Positions 1 to 10,685 of a DNA stretch of 64,000 nucleotides are shown here, one piece after another. The notes beneath the pieces were generated by a model. That model did no database searches, was not told where the DNA came from, and saw only the letters and a program-made list of their open reading frames with translations. Positions within the stretch are counted from its first letter, which is position 1. Every line of letters starts with the position of its first letter. The position numbers and the translations under genes are program-made. The stretch is taken from assembly GCF_000143415.4 (NCBI RefSeq), contig NW_003314345.1, forward strand, positions 204,574 through 268,573, given 5' to 3'. This stretch comes from Selaginella moellendorffii. Lineage: Eukaryota > Plantae > Lycopodiophyta.

Positions 1-141
1 CAGCATGTTTTTCATCTTATTTGTGGTGAATGTTACTGCAGCCTGGCAGGGAATCCAGTTTGTGATGGCAGTAGGCTTTGTGCCTCCCTTGCCGCGCTGC
101 TGGAGGAGGGACGCCGATGAGCTTCTTCTACTGGGAGGCAT
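1..141 (-). CDS. Possible first exon of a gene running off the left edge (MPPSRRSSSASLLQQRGK...)
   Basis: ATG at 141 opens a frame with no stop to the window edge. A CT-rich tract on the minus strand (437-480) lies upstream. No recognisable domain. Confidence 0.25.
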   Translation of the reverse strand, partial: MPPSRRSSSASLLQQRGKGGTKPTAITNWIPCQAAVTFTTNKMKNML

Positions 142-737
142 GATGCCGGATGCCCGAAATCCCTATCCTGAGCTACTCTGCCTATCCACAGTGATATTTC
201 GCGGCGCCGGAGCTCGATGCTGGCATAATACGCGATCCAGATGCTTCAAATCCTCGCCGCCGCTCCCAATGGAGCTAGATCGATCGCCTTGAAGATCATC
301 CACCGCATTGCCTTGCCCAAATCTGGATGGGATTCGCGGCGCACCCCTGCATTGTATCCAAAATCTGGAGCCACGCGCCTGCGATTCATGGCGCCAGCGC
401 CCCGGCGGAAGGGATAGCGCAATCCCTAATGCGATGGAGGAGGAGAGGAGAGGAGAGAGGAGAAAGAGGAGAAAGAGGCTCCTCACCACACTGTCCCGTT
501 TCTCCCAAAAACCATGCACCACATTGAGCTGCTTGTCAAGCGTCCGGCAATCCACGCCGTCCAGAGGGGGCCCGCGTGCGTGGCACACACTCGTGCGTCG
601 GATGGAGAGCAGGTACTGGTCGTTGGATCCAAAGGGCCCCGAGACCATCGCAACCGCTCAACGCAGACATGCCGTCCGGGTTCCTTCCGCGAACCAACGG
701 TCCGAGGAGCGCAATTAAGTTCTATTAGTTGTCTGAT

Positions 738-809
738 GTCGTTGTAGTATACTGGTGAGTATTTCCGCCTGTCACGCGGACGACCTGGGTTCGATCCCCG
801 GCAACGGCG
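738..809 (+). tRNA. trnD-GUC: tRNA-Asp(GTC), plant cytosolic type
   Basis: 72-nt cloverleaf: acceptor GTCGTTG/CAACGGC, anticodon arm TCCGC-CTGTCAC-GCGGA, T loop TTCGATC. Close match to the plant tRNA-Asp consensus. Confidence 0.93.
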
Positions 810-972
810 AGATTAATCAATTGGATTAATAAGTAATAACAAAACCATAACAATTTATTAAAGGTATTTCTATGCATGCATTTGCTGAAAGGGACAACGT
901 AATCCCCCATCGTAGTATGGTCCAATCTTGCCGGATTTCAGCACTCCCAGCTCCGCCAGCTTGTATCCCTTC

Positions 973-1905
973 TCAAATGCTGGTGGCCGATACATTCACG
1001 TTGAGCTGCCGGTACTCTTCCGGATTGGCAGCGGGATTAGGACACCAGTCCACCTCAATGCTGCCCTTCGCATCCTCCACACGTCTGGGAGGCATAAATG
1101 CGGACACGCAGCTCCCGGCCAGCAGCTTGAACGCACCCAAGACGATCCACTCCACGATCACGGGGGGCTTTTCCAATCCAACAGCACTCCTGATTGTGGG
1201 ATCGATGAGCGCGCAGATCCCAGTCTCTACCAGCGGCTGCACGGGCTGAGGAAACGCGTCCAGCACCAGATGCTTGAGATCCTGGACGATGCTCTTGTTC
1301 TTGTCCGTGAAGATGGCGTTCTTGGCCTCGTACTCGCAAATGTAGTCTCGCATCTCGGAAATGCTGTCTGGGATGTTTGTGATGCCCATCCTCACGCCCA
1401 CGTCGTGCCACACAACATACGCGGCCTCCTTCTCGTTGTCGGTCCACTTGCGGAATCCAAACTTCTCGGAGAAATCAATGGGACTGATCACGTTGAGGCA
1501 GAGGACGTAGGCGAATTGGTCGTTTGGGATCTTGAATTTGTTGTGGATTCCATTCAATCTCCTCACCGCGTACGAGCCGCGATCGCTGTCGACGTGGTGG
1601 TGGATCATCTCGCTCACCAGAATGTTGGTCTCGGCGGCGCGCTTCTCGGGATCCTTGAGGCCGTACTTGGTCTTGAAGAGCAGATTTGTGATCCCGGGGA
1701 TGCCCAGCGTGCGGATGGTGCCAAACTCGAGCGCCTTTTGTGAGAGGAAGGGGAATTCCACCGAGTACATATACCACAAGATCTTGTGGGCATCTCTCAC
1801 GGGGTGGAGTGATGCTAGAAATCTCGCTCTCTCTTTTCTCTTGCCAATGCACACCATCTTCCATGCTGCAGCCATCAACACGATCATCAACAAGATTGCA
1901 GCCAT
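973..1905 (-). CDS. MpaB/DUF2236 (Lcp/rubber-oxygenase-like) heme oxygenase family protein with N-terminal membrane anchor, intronless
   Basis: 310-aa ORF. Motifs EFPFLSQKALEF..RT.GIPGI, KRAAET, AVRRLNGIH..F.I.ND.F.YVL, FGFRKWTD.EK.A...W..VG.RMGI..IP.S match fungal/bacterial MpaB-like proteins. Confidence 0.85.
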   Translation of the reverse strand: MAAILLMIVLMAAAWKMVCIGKRKERARFLASLHPVRDAHKILWYMYSVEFPFLSQKALEFGTIRTLGIPGITNLLFKTKYGLKDPEKRAAETNILVSEMIHHHVDSDRGSYAVRRLNGIHNKFKIPNDQFAYVLCLNVISPIDFSEKFGFRKWTDNEKEAAYVVWHDVGVRMGITNIPDSISEMRDYICEYEAKNAIFTDKNKSIVQDLKHLVLDAFPQPVQPLVETGICALIDPTIRSAVGLEKPPVIVEWIVLGAFKLLAGSCVSAFMPPRRVEDAKGSIEVDWCPNPAANPEEYRQLNVNVSATSI

Positions 1906-2000
1906 TCTGAAATGGTTGCGTTGTGAAAACTGTTTGATCTAAAATCTGTGCGTGCAAAAGAAAGAACTAGGTTGGTGAAAACATGGGCAAGAGAAGGGGT

Positions 2001-2007
2001 ATTTATA
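2001..2007 (-). promoter_or_regulatory. TATA box of the MpaB-like gene
   Basis: TATAAAT on the minus strand, about 95 nt upstream of the ATG. Confidence 0.55.
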
Positions 2008-3172
2008 CCAGTGATCCAATAGAGATCACATTTCACGTTTTTTATTCATGTAGCACTAACGTGCACGCTGTTTGATCTGTGCATTCTTTCAGCCACTCAT
2101 TTAACATCAATAAAAAAATCTATAGTCCCTGTATTGTACGTTTACAACATGTGGTCTATGCAATTTGTGGGTCACAAGTACACTCTATTTATTGTGGTTC
2201 AGGGTGATGCGCTCGCGAGATTCTGCGCACGAACACAGCTCTCAGTAAGACACAGAGCTACAGAGCTGCTGGCTTTCGGGAAGGGACCCCCCCCTGTTAT
2301 ATTCAGGCCATGATGCCACAAGAGCAACACAGTACAAGCATCACCCTGCATCAGCAACGTCCTTAGAAGGTAGAAGTGCACACCAAGCTTGCTGCTGCTC
2401 AACGAGCACACCGTCAACTTTTGGCAAGTCTGCGAAACGCGAACATATATCGATGGGATGCGACAGATGTGCGATGCACACATTACAGCACCCCTGATCC
2501 TCCTGTATTGGTGCCCGGAATTCGGGCGCTGTAACCAATTCCCATGCCAACAGAAATCCTGGCGTGGAGAGACACACTCCAATTCCTCCTAACCGCCCGC
2601 AGAGACACTGTGTGTGTGTGGCAATTCAAGATTCCCAGTTGCTCGCAGACAGTCACAACACGGGCTGGTGGTATGACTGTAGGCGACGGACAAAGAAACT
2701 TAAAGTCGATCTGGACACTCTCCTCCAGCAACCAGTTACCACTGTCCCCGATAGCTGGATCAGCCTGGCATTCAAAAGCTGGCTACGTGGCGCAGATCGC
2801 AAGACAAAATTCCAATACTATCTCGCCAATGTAAACATCACTCGAACAATCGGGCCTCCAGTCTACAACCCACTCGGGAAACGAACTCTGCAAACGCTTC
2901 GAGATACTGACTGGAGATGCACAATCTCCATAGCGTAATCGGAGCGTGGTGACGGCCTGGGCAGACCGGCGATGCCCGGTCCGCAAACAGGAGGTCAAGG
3001 ACGTGGACGTGGAAGATGCCATCGTTTGCTGCCTAGGCTACACACGGCTGAGGCTACTCTCTCTCTCTCTCTCATAAAACCGTACTGTTCCATATGAAAC
3101 ATGCCAATAATGAAACATGCATTACAGGAATTAGGTCACTGCTGTTCACGCGATGCCAGGGCTGAGAAGGAA

Positions 3173-4186
3173 ATGCGATTCGTCAGCTCCCTAGCTAGAT
3201 TCCAGAGGTGGATTACACCCACGGTAACGGCAGCTATGGCCGCGGACAAAGTAGCAGCATCATCAGGGAAGAGAGAAATCGCGCCGGGCAAGACACGCAT
3301 CGGATGGATCGGCACTGGAGTGATGGGGCGATGGATGTGTGGCCACATCCTCGACGCCGGGTACGCGCTCACGGTCTACAACCGCACGCCCAGCAAGGCC
3401 CAAGATCTGTGCGGCCCCGGCCAGGCATTCCTGGCCGATTCCCCGCTCCAGGTCGCGCAGCGCAGCGATGTCGTCTTCACCATCGTCGGCTACCCTGCCG
3501 ACGTTCGCCAGGTAATCCTCGGCCCGCTGGGAATCCTCGAGGGGCTGGAGCCGGGCGGGATCGTGGTGGACATGACGACGAGCGAGCCAGCGCTGGCGCG
3601 AGAGATCGCTGCTCGCGCGCTGGATCGCGGCTGCCATGCGCTGGACGCCCCGGTCTCGGGTGGCGATCGCGGCGCCAAGGCCGGGAAGCTCTCCATCATG
3701 GTTGGCGGCGATCTGGAAGTGTACACCGCTCTAGCGCCGCTCTTCCAGTGCATGGGATCGCCAACTTTCATGGGCGCCGCCGGGAGTGGCCAGAGTTGCA
3801 AGCTGGCCAACCAGGTAACCATCGCCACCACCATGGTGGGCTTGGTGGAAGGGATGCTCTTCGCGCACAATGCCGGGCTGGACGTGGAGAGCTACGTGGC
3901 AGCCATAGCCGGCGGGGCGGCGGGATCAAAGTCCCTGGAGCTGTACGCGCAGAGGATCCAGCGCCGGGACTTCCAGCCGGGTTTCTACGTGAATCACTTC
4001 GTCAAGGATCTGGGGATCGCGATCAACGAGTGCTCTAGGCTGGATCTCTGCCTCCCGGGCCTCGCTCTCGCGCAGCAGCTCTACGTGTCTCTCAAAGCTC
4101 ACGGCGATGGCAACCTCGGCACGCAAGCGCTCGTCCTCGCGCTGGAGCGGCTAAACAACATCCAGCTCCTCGACAAGAAGCCATGA
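3173..4186 (+). CDS. 3-hydroxyisobutyrate dehydrogenase-like / 6PGD-family NAD-binding oxidoreductase, intronless
   Basis: IGWIGTGVMG Rossmann motif, DAPVSGGD.GA, K LANQ catalytic region, F.PGFYVNHFVKDL. Start is uncertain (3101, 3173 or 3236). Confidence 0.92.
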   Translation: MRFVSSLARFQRWITPTVTAAMAADKVAASSGKREIAPGKTRIGWIGTGVMGRWMCGHILDAGYALTVYNRTPSKAQDLCGPGQAFLADSPLQVAQRSDVVFTIVGYPADVRQVILGPLGILEGLEPGGIVVDMTTSEPALAREIAARALDRGCHALDAPVSGGDRGAKAGKLSIMVGGDLEVYTALAPLFQCMGSPTFMGAAGSGQSCKLANQVTIATTMVGLVEGMLFAHNAGLDVESYVAAIAGGAAGSKSLELYAQRIQRRDFQPGFYVNHFVKDLGIAINECSRLDLCLPGLALAQQLYVSLKAHGDGNLGTQALVLALERLNNIQLLDKKP

Positions 4187-4728
4187 ATAGCTAAAGTTTG
4201 CTGCCATGCCAGATCGATTCTTCCGTGTTTAGCTTGAGCTCAAGCATGAGCTTTTGGAAGATCGCAGGGAATGTTTGCTCCTCAAAAGCGAGTTAAAGCC
4301 AGAATCCAAGCCTCAAAAATGGTCTTTTTCTCTTTTCTGGTACAGCCACAGACGCGGATTGATTGTTCCTTCTTACACAGATATTGTCTCTTGCTCGTCG
4401 GGCGTAAGCATCCCGTGATTCTGTCAAGTCTGTGGCTTTTTTTTTTTTTTTTTTTTTGAGGAATCGCAGTGGTAATCCTCGCAATCGCAAGAGCGATAAC
4501 ATCTTCCTTAGCTGGATACGAGCTTTGCCACCTTGAATGCTGCTCCCACTCGCTGACACACAGTTTGTTGAGACGACCAGTGTCCCATAAAACGAGCAAG
4601 GCCAAAAGGCGCGCTAGCTCGCGATCGAGCAAAATAAGAGCGTCGAGACAAGCATTCTTTTCTATCTTACACAAGTACTTCTAGCTTTCACGAGTGGGAA
4701 TTTTCTTTAGATCGCAGCCCTCGACACA

Positions 4729-5909
<1,181 letters not shown>

Positions 5910-6203
5910 AAGAAGTTACTCGCGACAGGGTGCAAATCCTCCTCCTATGTACTGGACTCTCATTTGTGCCAAAGAAACTCTTCATTCGTACCAAAAGATT
6001 TGTGAAAAAAAATCACAACTTTGTCGATCAAAGCTGGGAGAAAAGATCTTGATTTCTTGACACCTTGGAGAACTATAGCAAAAATATCGATTCGATCAGA
6101 AATAGAAGCAAAATCTTATCTACCTAGACTATAGCCACGGTCATGTACAGTCATAAAACTTCCTCCTTGCCTTGTTCTTTCTTCTTTTTTTTTTGTGTGG
6201 TTC

Positions 6204-7471
6204 TTACGAAGATATGTCCTTCCATTTTACCCTCTTGGTTGGCTTGGAGGACTCCTTTGGTTTCTCGATTTCAATGGGATGCTGCTCAATCGTTGGCAGC
6301 TGAAAAGAGACCAGAGAATTTTAGAAAGTGTTGAAAAAAAAAGAGATTTTTTTTTTACCTTGGCAGCAAGCGCTTGCCTGTCTAGCGCTGGATTCCGGAG
6401 CTCCGTGAGAGCCTCGTCCATGGCTCCCAGGAAATGGAGAAAGTTCCCTCTTGACATGGACGGCAAGTGTACCAGCATGGAATCCATCTGGTTGCGAATC
6501 GCGGTGATCTTCTCCTTGAGCTTTGTCTGCTCGTCCTCGTCGATCTTCTCAAACTCCGCCGACGAAGGACCCCCACCCTCGACGAAACGCTTCGGGTGCT
6601 TCAAGCTCGCCCCTCGATCCAGCTGCGCTGCTGCCGCCACCTGTTGGGCGATCTCGTCCAGCTTCTGCTTGATGAACTGGACGTCAAACAGCGTCGAAGT
6701 GTTGAGCTTCTTGCCGCCGAGCTTCCTCTTCCTGCTCGGCAGAGGTGGCGGCGGCGCCACGGGGATTTGCTCTCGCCGGCAACACCCACAGCTATCGATG
6801 AAAGCGTCCACGAAAGCCTCTGGAATGCCGTGGTTTCTCTCGCCATACATCCATCGCTTGGTGATCTGGTGCTTGGTCAAGTTCCGGCCCCAGTGTCTCT
6901 CGGCAGCATCAATGTGACACCCCTTGACGATCTCCAGCCACTGTCCAGAGTGAGGAATGTAGCGGCTTGCATCCCTCTTGTGGAACAAGAACCTCTTCCT
7001 GGAAGCGTCGATCTTCACCCCGAGCTTGGCCTTGAAGTCCCTCCACCGGTCCTCGATCGCACAGGTGAAAGTTATGCCGCGCTTGTTCTGCCATGGAAGT
7101 GGCTGGAATGTAGGATCGGCCGCGGAGATCTCCAGCGCCGACGGATTCGTGGACTCGAGCAAGCTGTTGATCATGAGATCGTGAGCCCCGGCGTTGAAGA
7201 GGTAGTACTTCTGGGATCGAAACTCCTCCAGGTTGTACGTGAAGGGTGGCGTGTCGCTGACGTAGTCCTGGATCTTGAGCTCCTCGTACTGATCATCTTG
7301 GTGTTCTTGCTTGAAATCCTCGTCGAGCTGCTGCTGCGGCTGCTTGGAGGAGTGGCCCGGCAACAGCGCCATGCCCATGCCGATGATCTCGTCATTGCTA
7401 AAGGGCTTCCCGGCGTGCGATGGGAAATCCTCCAGTACCAGCATCGACCCAGTTGGATTTGTGGCTCCCAT
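6204..7471 (-). CDS. Uncharacterised ~402-aa protein with an integrase-type HHCC zinc-binding module, basic NLS-like patch and coiled coil; exons 7471-6359, 6299-6204
   Basis: Long GC-rich ORF. A 59-nt GT-AG intron (6300-6358) restores a terminal exon ending ...KWKDISS*. Segment IP...LEIVKGCH...H.GRNLT...I...FV.AFIDSCGCC. Confidence 0.75.
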
Positions 7472-8434
7472 TCATGAAAACCCACTCCGCGAGAGGTCGA
7501 TTACCGCATCCCGGCAGCTTCTACCTCGACTTCCCCGCGGCCTATCGATCGATTCGCGCCGGCGCCTACCTGCATCGATCGATCCACGCCGGGAATCGCA
7601 GCAGCCGATCCACCGCAACGCCACGTCCAAATTAGGGCTGAGATGAAAACCTAGAATGCGGAAGGTGCGCTATTTTGCCAGCCTGGCCGAAATGCCGTGA
7701 CGTGGAGGATGATGTGTCAGAAAGAATGCTCTGGACACGTGGCAGCGTCGGCGGCACAGCAGAGGATTGGATGGATCGTTTGTTTTCATCTGACGTATGT
7801 TACAGTGATCCATCATTGATTGTTAACGATGGTTAAGAAGCATCGCGGAATGCCCATGGCCCGGGCGCCATAGCTAGGGTTTATGCTCGCTTGTAGCAAC
7901 CGTGCGCTCAGCTCGATCTCATCGATCGTTTGTCAGCTAGCCGCTCTGTAGCTCTTATTGGACGATCATCTCGGCTTTGTCATTGTCTAATCCATTCTTT
8001 GTGCATTCCAGGCGTGCAATGTGGGACCTCTAGATCTCCCGTGAAAGCGCCTGCTAGCAGCAGCCATTGCTTGGAATTCGGGGATGCGGCTGCTCTCCGG
8101 CAGTGATAAGGGATCGATCGATGAGGTAGGCGCCCAAAATCTCCAATGCAGGCTGCGAGCTAGCTTCATCCCAGTCTCTTGTCTCCATTGCAGCCGGAAA
8201 TTTCACCCAAATGCTTAGAGCATGGGTCGTGCTACGCATCGTGCATTGCTGAGCGTCAAGGTACCCGGTTGCCTCAAAGCCAAGTCCGACTCCCGTGAAG
8301 ATCACCTCAGATCTAGATGCTCCATTCTCAGCTTGCTCCATCTTTTCCCCCTTTTGAGCACCTCTGGCCAAGATCACTCTCCCAAGCCATCGAAAGTCCT
8401 TGACAGTGGTCTTTCTGCCTTTTGCAGCTCGATC

Positions 8435-10656
8435 ATGGGATTTAGTGCTCCCTCTCAGTCTCAGTCTCGTCCTTTGAGTCCACCCTTATCCTCGGAGTCC
8501 GTGAGTCCTGCCCGGATCAGGAGCAGGCTTTTGGTACCTTTTCTCAAGTGTCTAGCTCTTTGCCTCATTAGTATCCTCGTCCTTGTGGCCGTCCTGGGAG
8601 GATCCAGGAGCAAGCACCGTGTTTATACCGGCACTTACAGGCGGTACCAAGAGGGGGGAGCTCTTGAAGTGTTGGGCTATGACCCTGGCTTTCAACTTGG
8701 ACGAGCTCCCAGTCTTAAGAATGTGAAAGGGTGTCCTGACGGTATGGAAGACTTCGTTCCCTGCTACGATGTGGCTGCTAGTATCAAGGCCGGATTCAAG
8801 AATGGACAAGAGTTCGAGAGGCAGTGCAAGGTCCAAAAGCAGTGTATCGTCAAGCCTCCCAAAGGATATCGTTTGCCGCCGAGGTGGCCTACTAGCCAAA
8901 GAAGTCTTTGGAACAGCAACCTCAAAGTAACTGAAGAGCGTCTAGAGAGGTGATGATGTTCTTTTCCTTAGAACAAGTTCACTGAATGGGCTGTGCTTGT
9001 GCAGGATTCTCATTGAAGAAAGCGTGATAAGCTTTCCATCTGAAGAATCTCTCATGGAGGGATACGTTCAACAGCTTGAAGAAATGATATCTGCTGGTGG
9101 GAACAGAACTTTTACAGAGATGGGGGTACGTCATCTTGCATTTTCTTTGTTCTTTATTTTACAAGATTTCCACAGATTCGATTGGCACTGGACATCGGAT
9201 GTGGAATGGCTGCCTTTTCTTCGACTCTTCTGTCAAGAAATGTGCTAACAATGTCTATATCCGCCTACGAGGAGCATGGAGCTCCCGTTCAGTTTGCTCA
9301 GGAACGTGGCCTGCCAGCCATGATCGGCTCCATCTCTTCGATGCAGCTTCCGTTTTCATTGTCTGCCTACGACATGATTCACTGCAAGGACTGCGGAGCT
9401 CAATGGCATGATAAAGGTTTTTGCAGCTCTTTCCTCGCTTAGATTATTATTGACGTGCGCATAGTCTTGTAGGTGGTTTGCTTCTCTTTGAAGTGAATAG
9501 ATTGCTTCGCCCCGGGGGATATTTCGTTTGGACCCTCCCGTTTCTAGACCAGTCATCCAACAGTATCCTGAAAACAATGGGGAAGTTGACATCCAGTATC
9601 TGTTGGAGTCAACTTGCGCACAACCAGCGGACCGTTATATGGCAGAAAACAACAAAGCAACGATGCTACACCTCAAGGTATAAGCAGTTATACATTTTTC
9701 ACTTCTCGATCTAGCTAAATGCATCATCCACAGGCGTTCGACTATGTGCGAGAAGAAAAATCCTCTCGACGTGCTGTTGTACCAGCCGTTGCGGCCATGT
9801 GTAACTGAGGCACCGAACGGGAGATGGCGGACAGTACAACAGCAGCACTTGTGGCCAAACCGGCTTATGCTGACGGCAAGACGTCTTTCGAGATATGGTA
9901 TCGTTAGTTTGTTAACTTGTTTGTCAACCGACTGATAAGTGCGAGTGTTTTGCAGGAATGGTTTCCAAAGATTTCAACGAGGATGTACAATCATGGTTGG
10001 CAAAATTGTCCAACTACTGGTCCCTCTTCACGCCAGTAATCTTTTCGGATCATCCGAAAAGGCCTTCAGATGATGATCCGCCAGCTCCGAAGAATGTTGT
10101 GAGGAATATTATGGACATGAACGCGCAGTACGGTGGATTTAATGCTGCTCTCCTCACAACTGGAAAGCCGGTTTGGGTGATGAATGTCGTTCCTACTTCC
10201 GCACCAAATACTCTCTCTGCGGTGTTCGACCGAGGACTGCTTGGTGTCCATCACGACTGGTATTGCCTGCATCGGCTTCTTTTCATTTTAACTGAAGAAC
10301 TTTTCTTGGAACAGGTGCGAGGCTTTTCCAACATATCCCAGATCATATGACCTGTTGTACGCGAGATCTCTCCTTTCGCAGGAGCTACAAAAGCCCAAGC
10401 CATGTACACTAGCTGTCATTGTACTTGAAATGGATCGAATACTGCGACCCGAGGTAAAATATGCTGATGCTATCTGCCGATGGAGTGTTTAACTTGTCGC
10501 ATGCAACAGGGATGGGTACTTTTGCAAGACGAGACGCAAGTTGTCGAGACGGCTCGTTCTCTACTCGTCCAGATCCGCTGGGAGGCGCGAATAATTGAAA
10601 TACCGGGTCATGGCGATCAAAGGCTTTTGATCGGCCAGAAAAACTGGCGCAAATAG
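8435..10656 (+). CDS. QUA2: QUA2/TSD2-like putative pectin methyltransferase (PMT/DUF248 family); exons 8435-8949, 9005-9125, 9176-9416, 9473-9677, 9734-9897, 9956-10259, 10315-10453, 10510-10656
   Basis: Type II TM anchor, LDIGCG SAM motif, QFAQERGLPAMIGS, EVNRLLRPGGYFVW, the clade-typical YWSLFTPVIFSDHPKRP..DP..P.N..RN.MDMNA, and HDWCEAFPTYPRSYDL. All introns GT-AG and in frame. Confidence 0.93.
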
Positions 10657-10685
10657 GCGGTTTGTTCATTCTTTACGATCTCCTA

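Noticed and set aside
928-1743. 271-aa plus-strand ORF (and the similar 336-aa ORF at 6467-7477)
   Set aside because: Antisense shadows of GC3-rich real genes, with no domain features.
2199-3022. Several overlapping 67-127 aa ORFs between the MpaB-like and dehydrogenase genes
   Set aside because: No recognisable motif or consistent exon structure. Possibly a decayed fragment, but unsupported.
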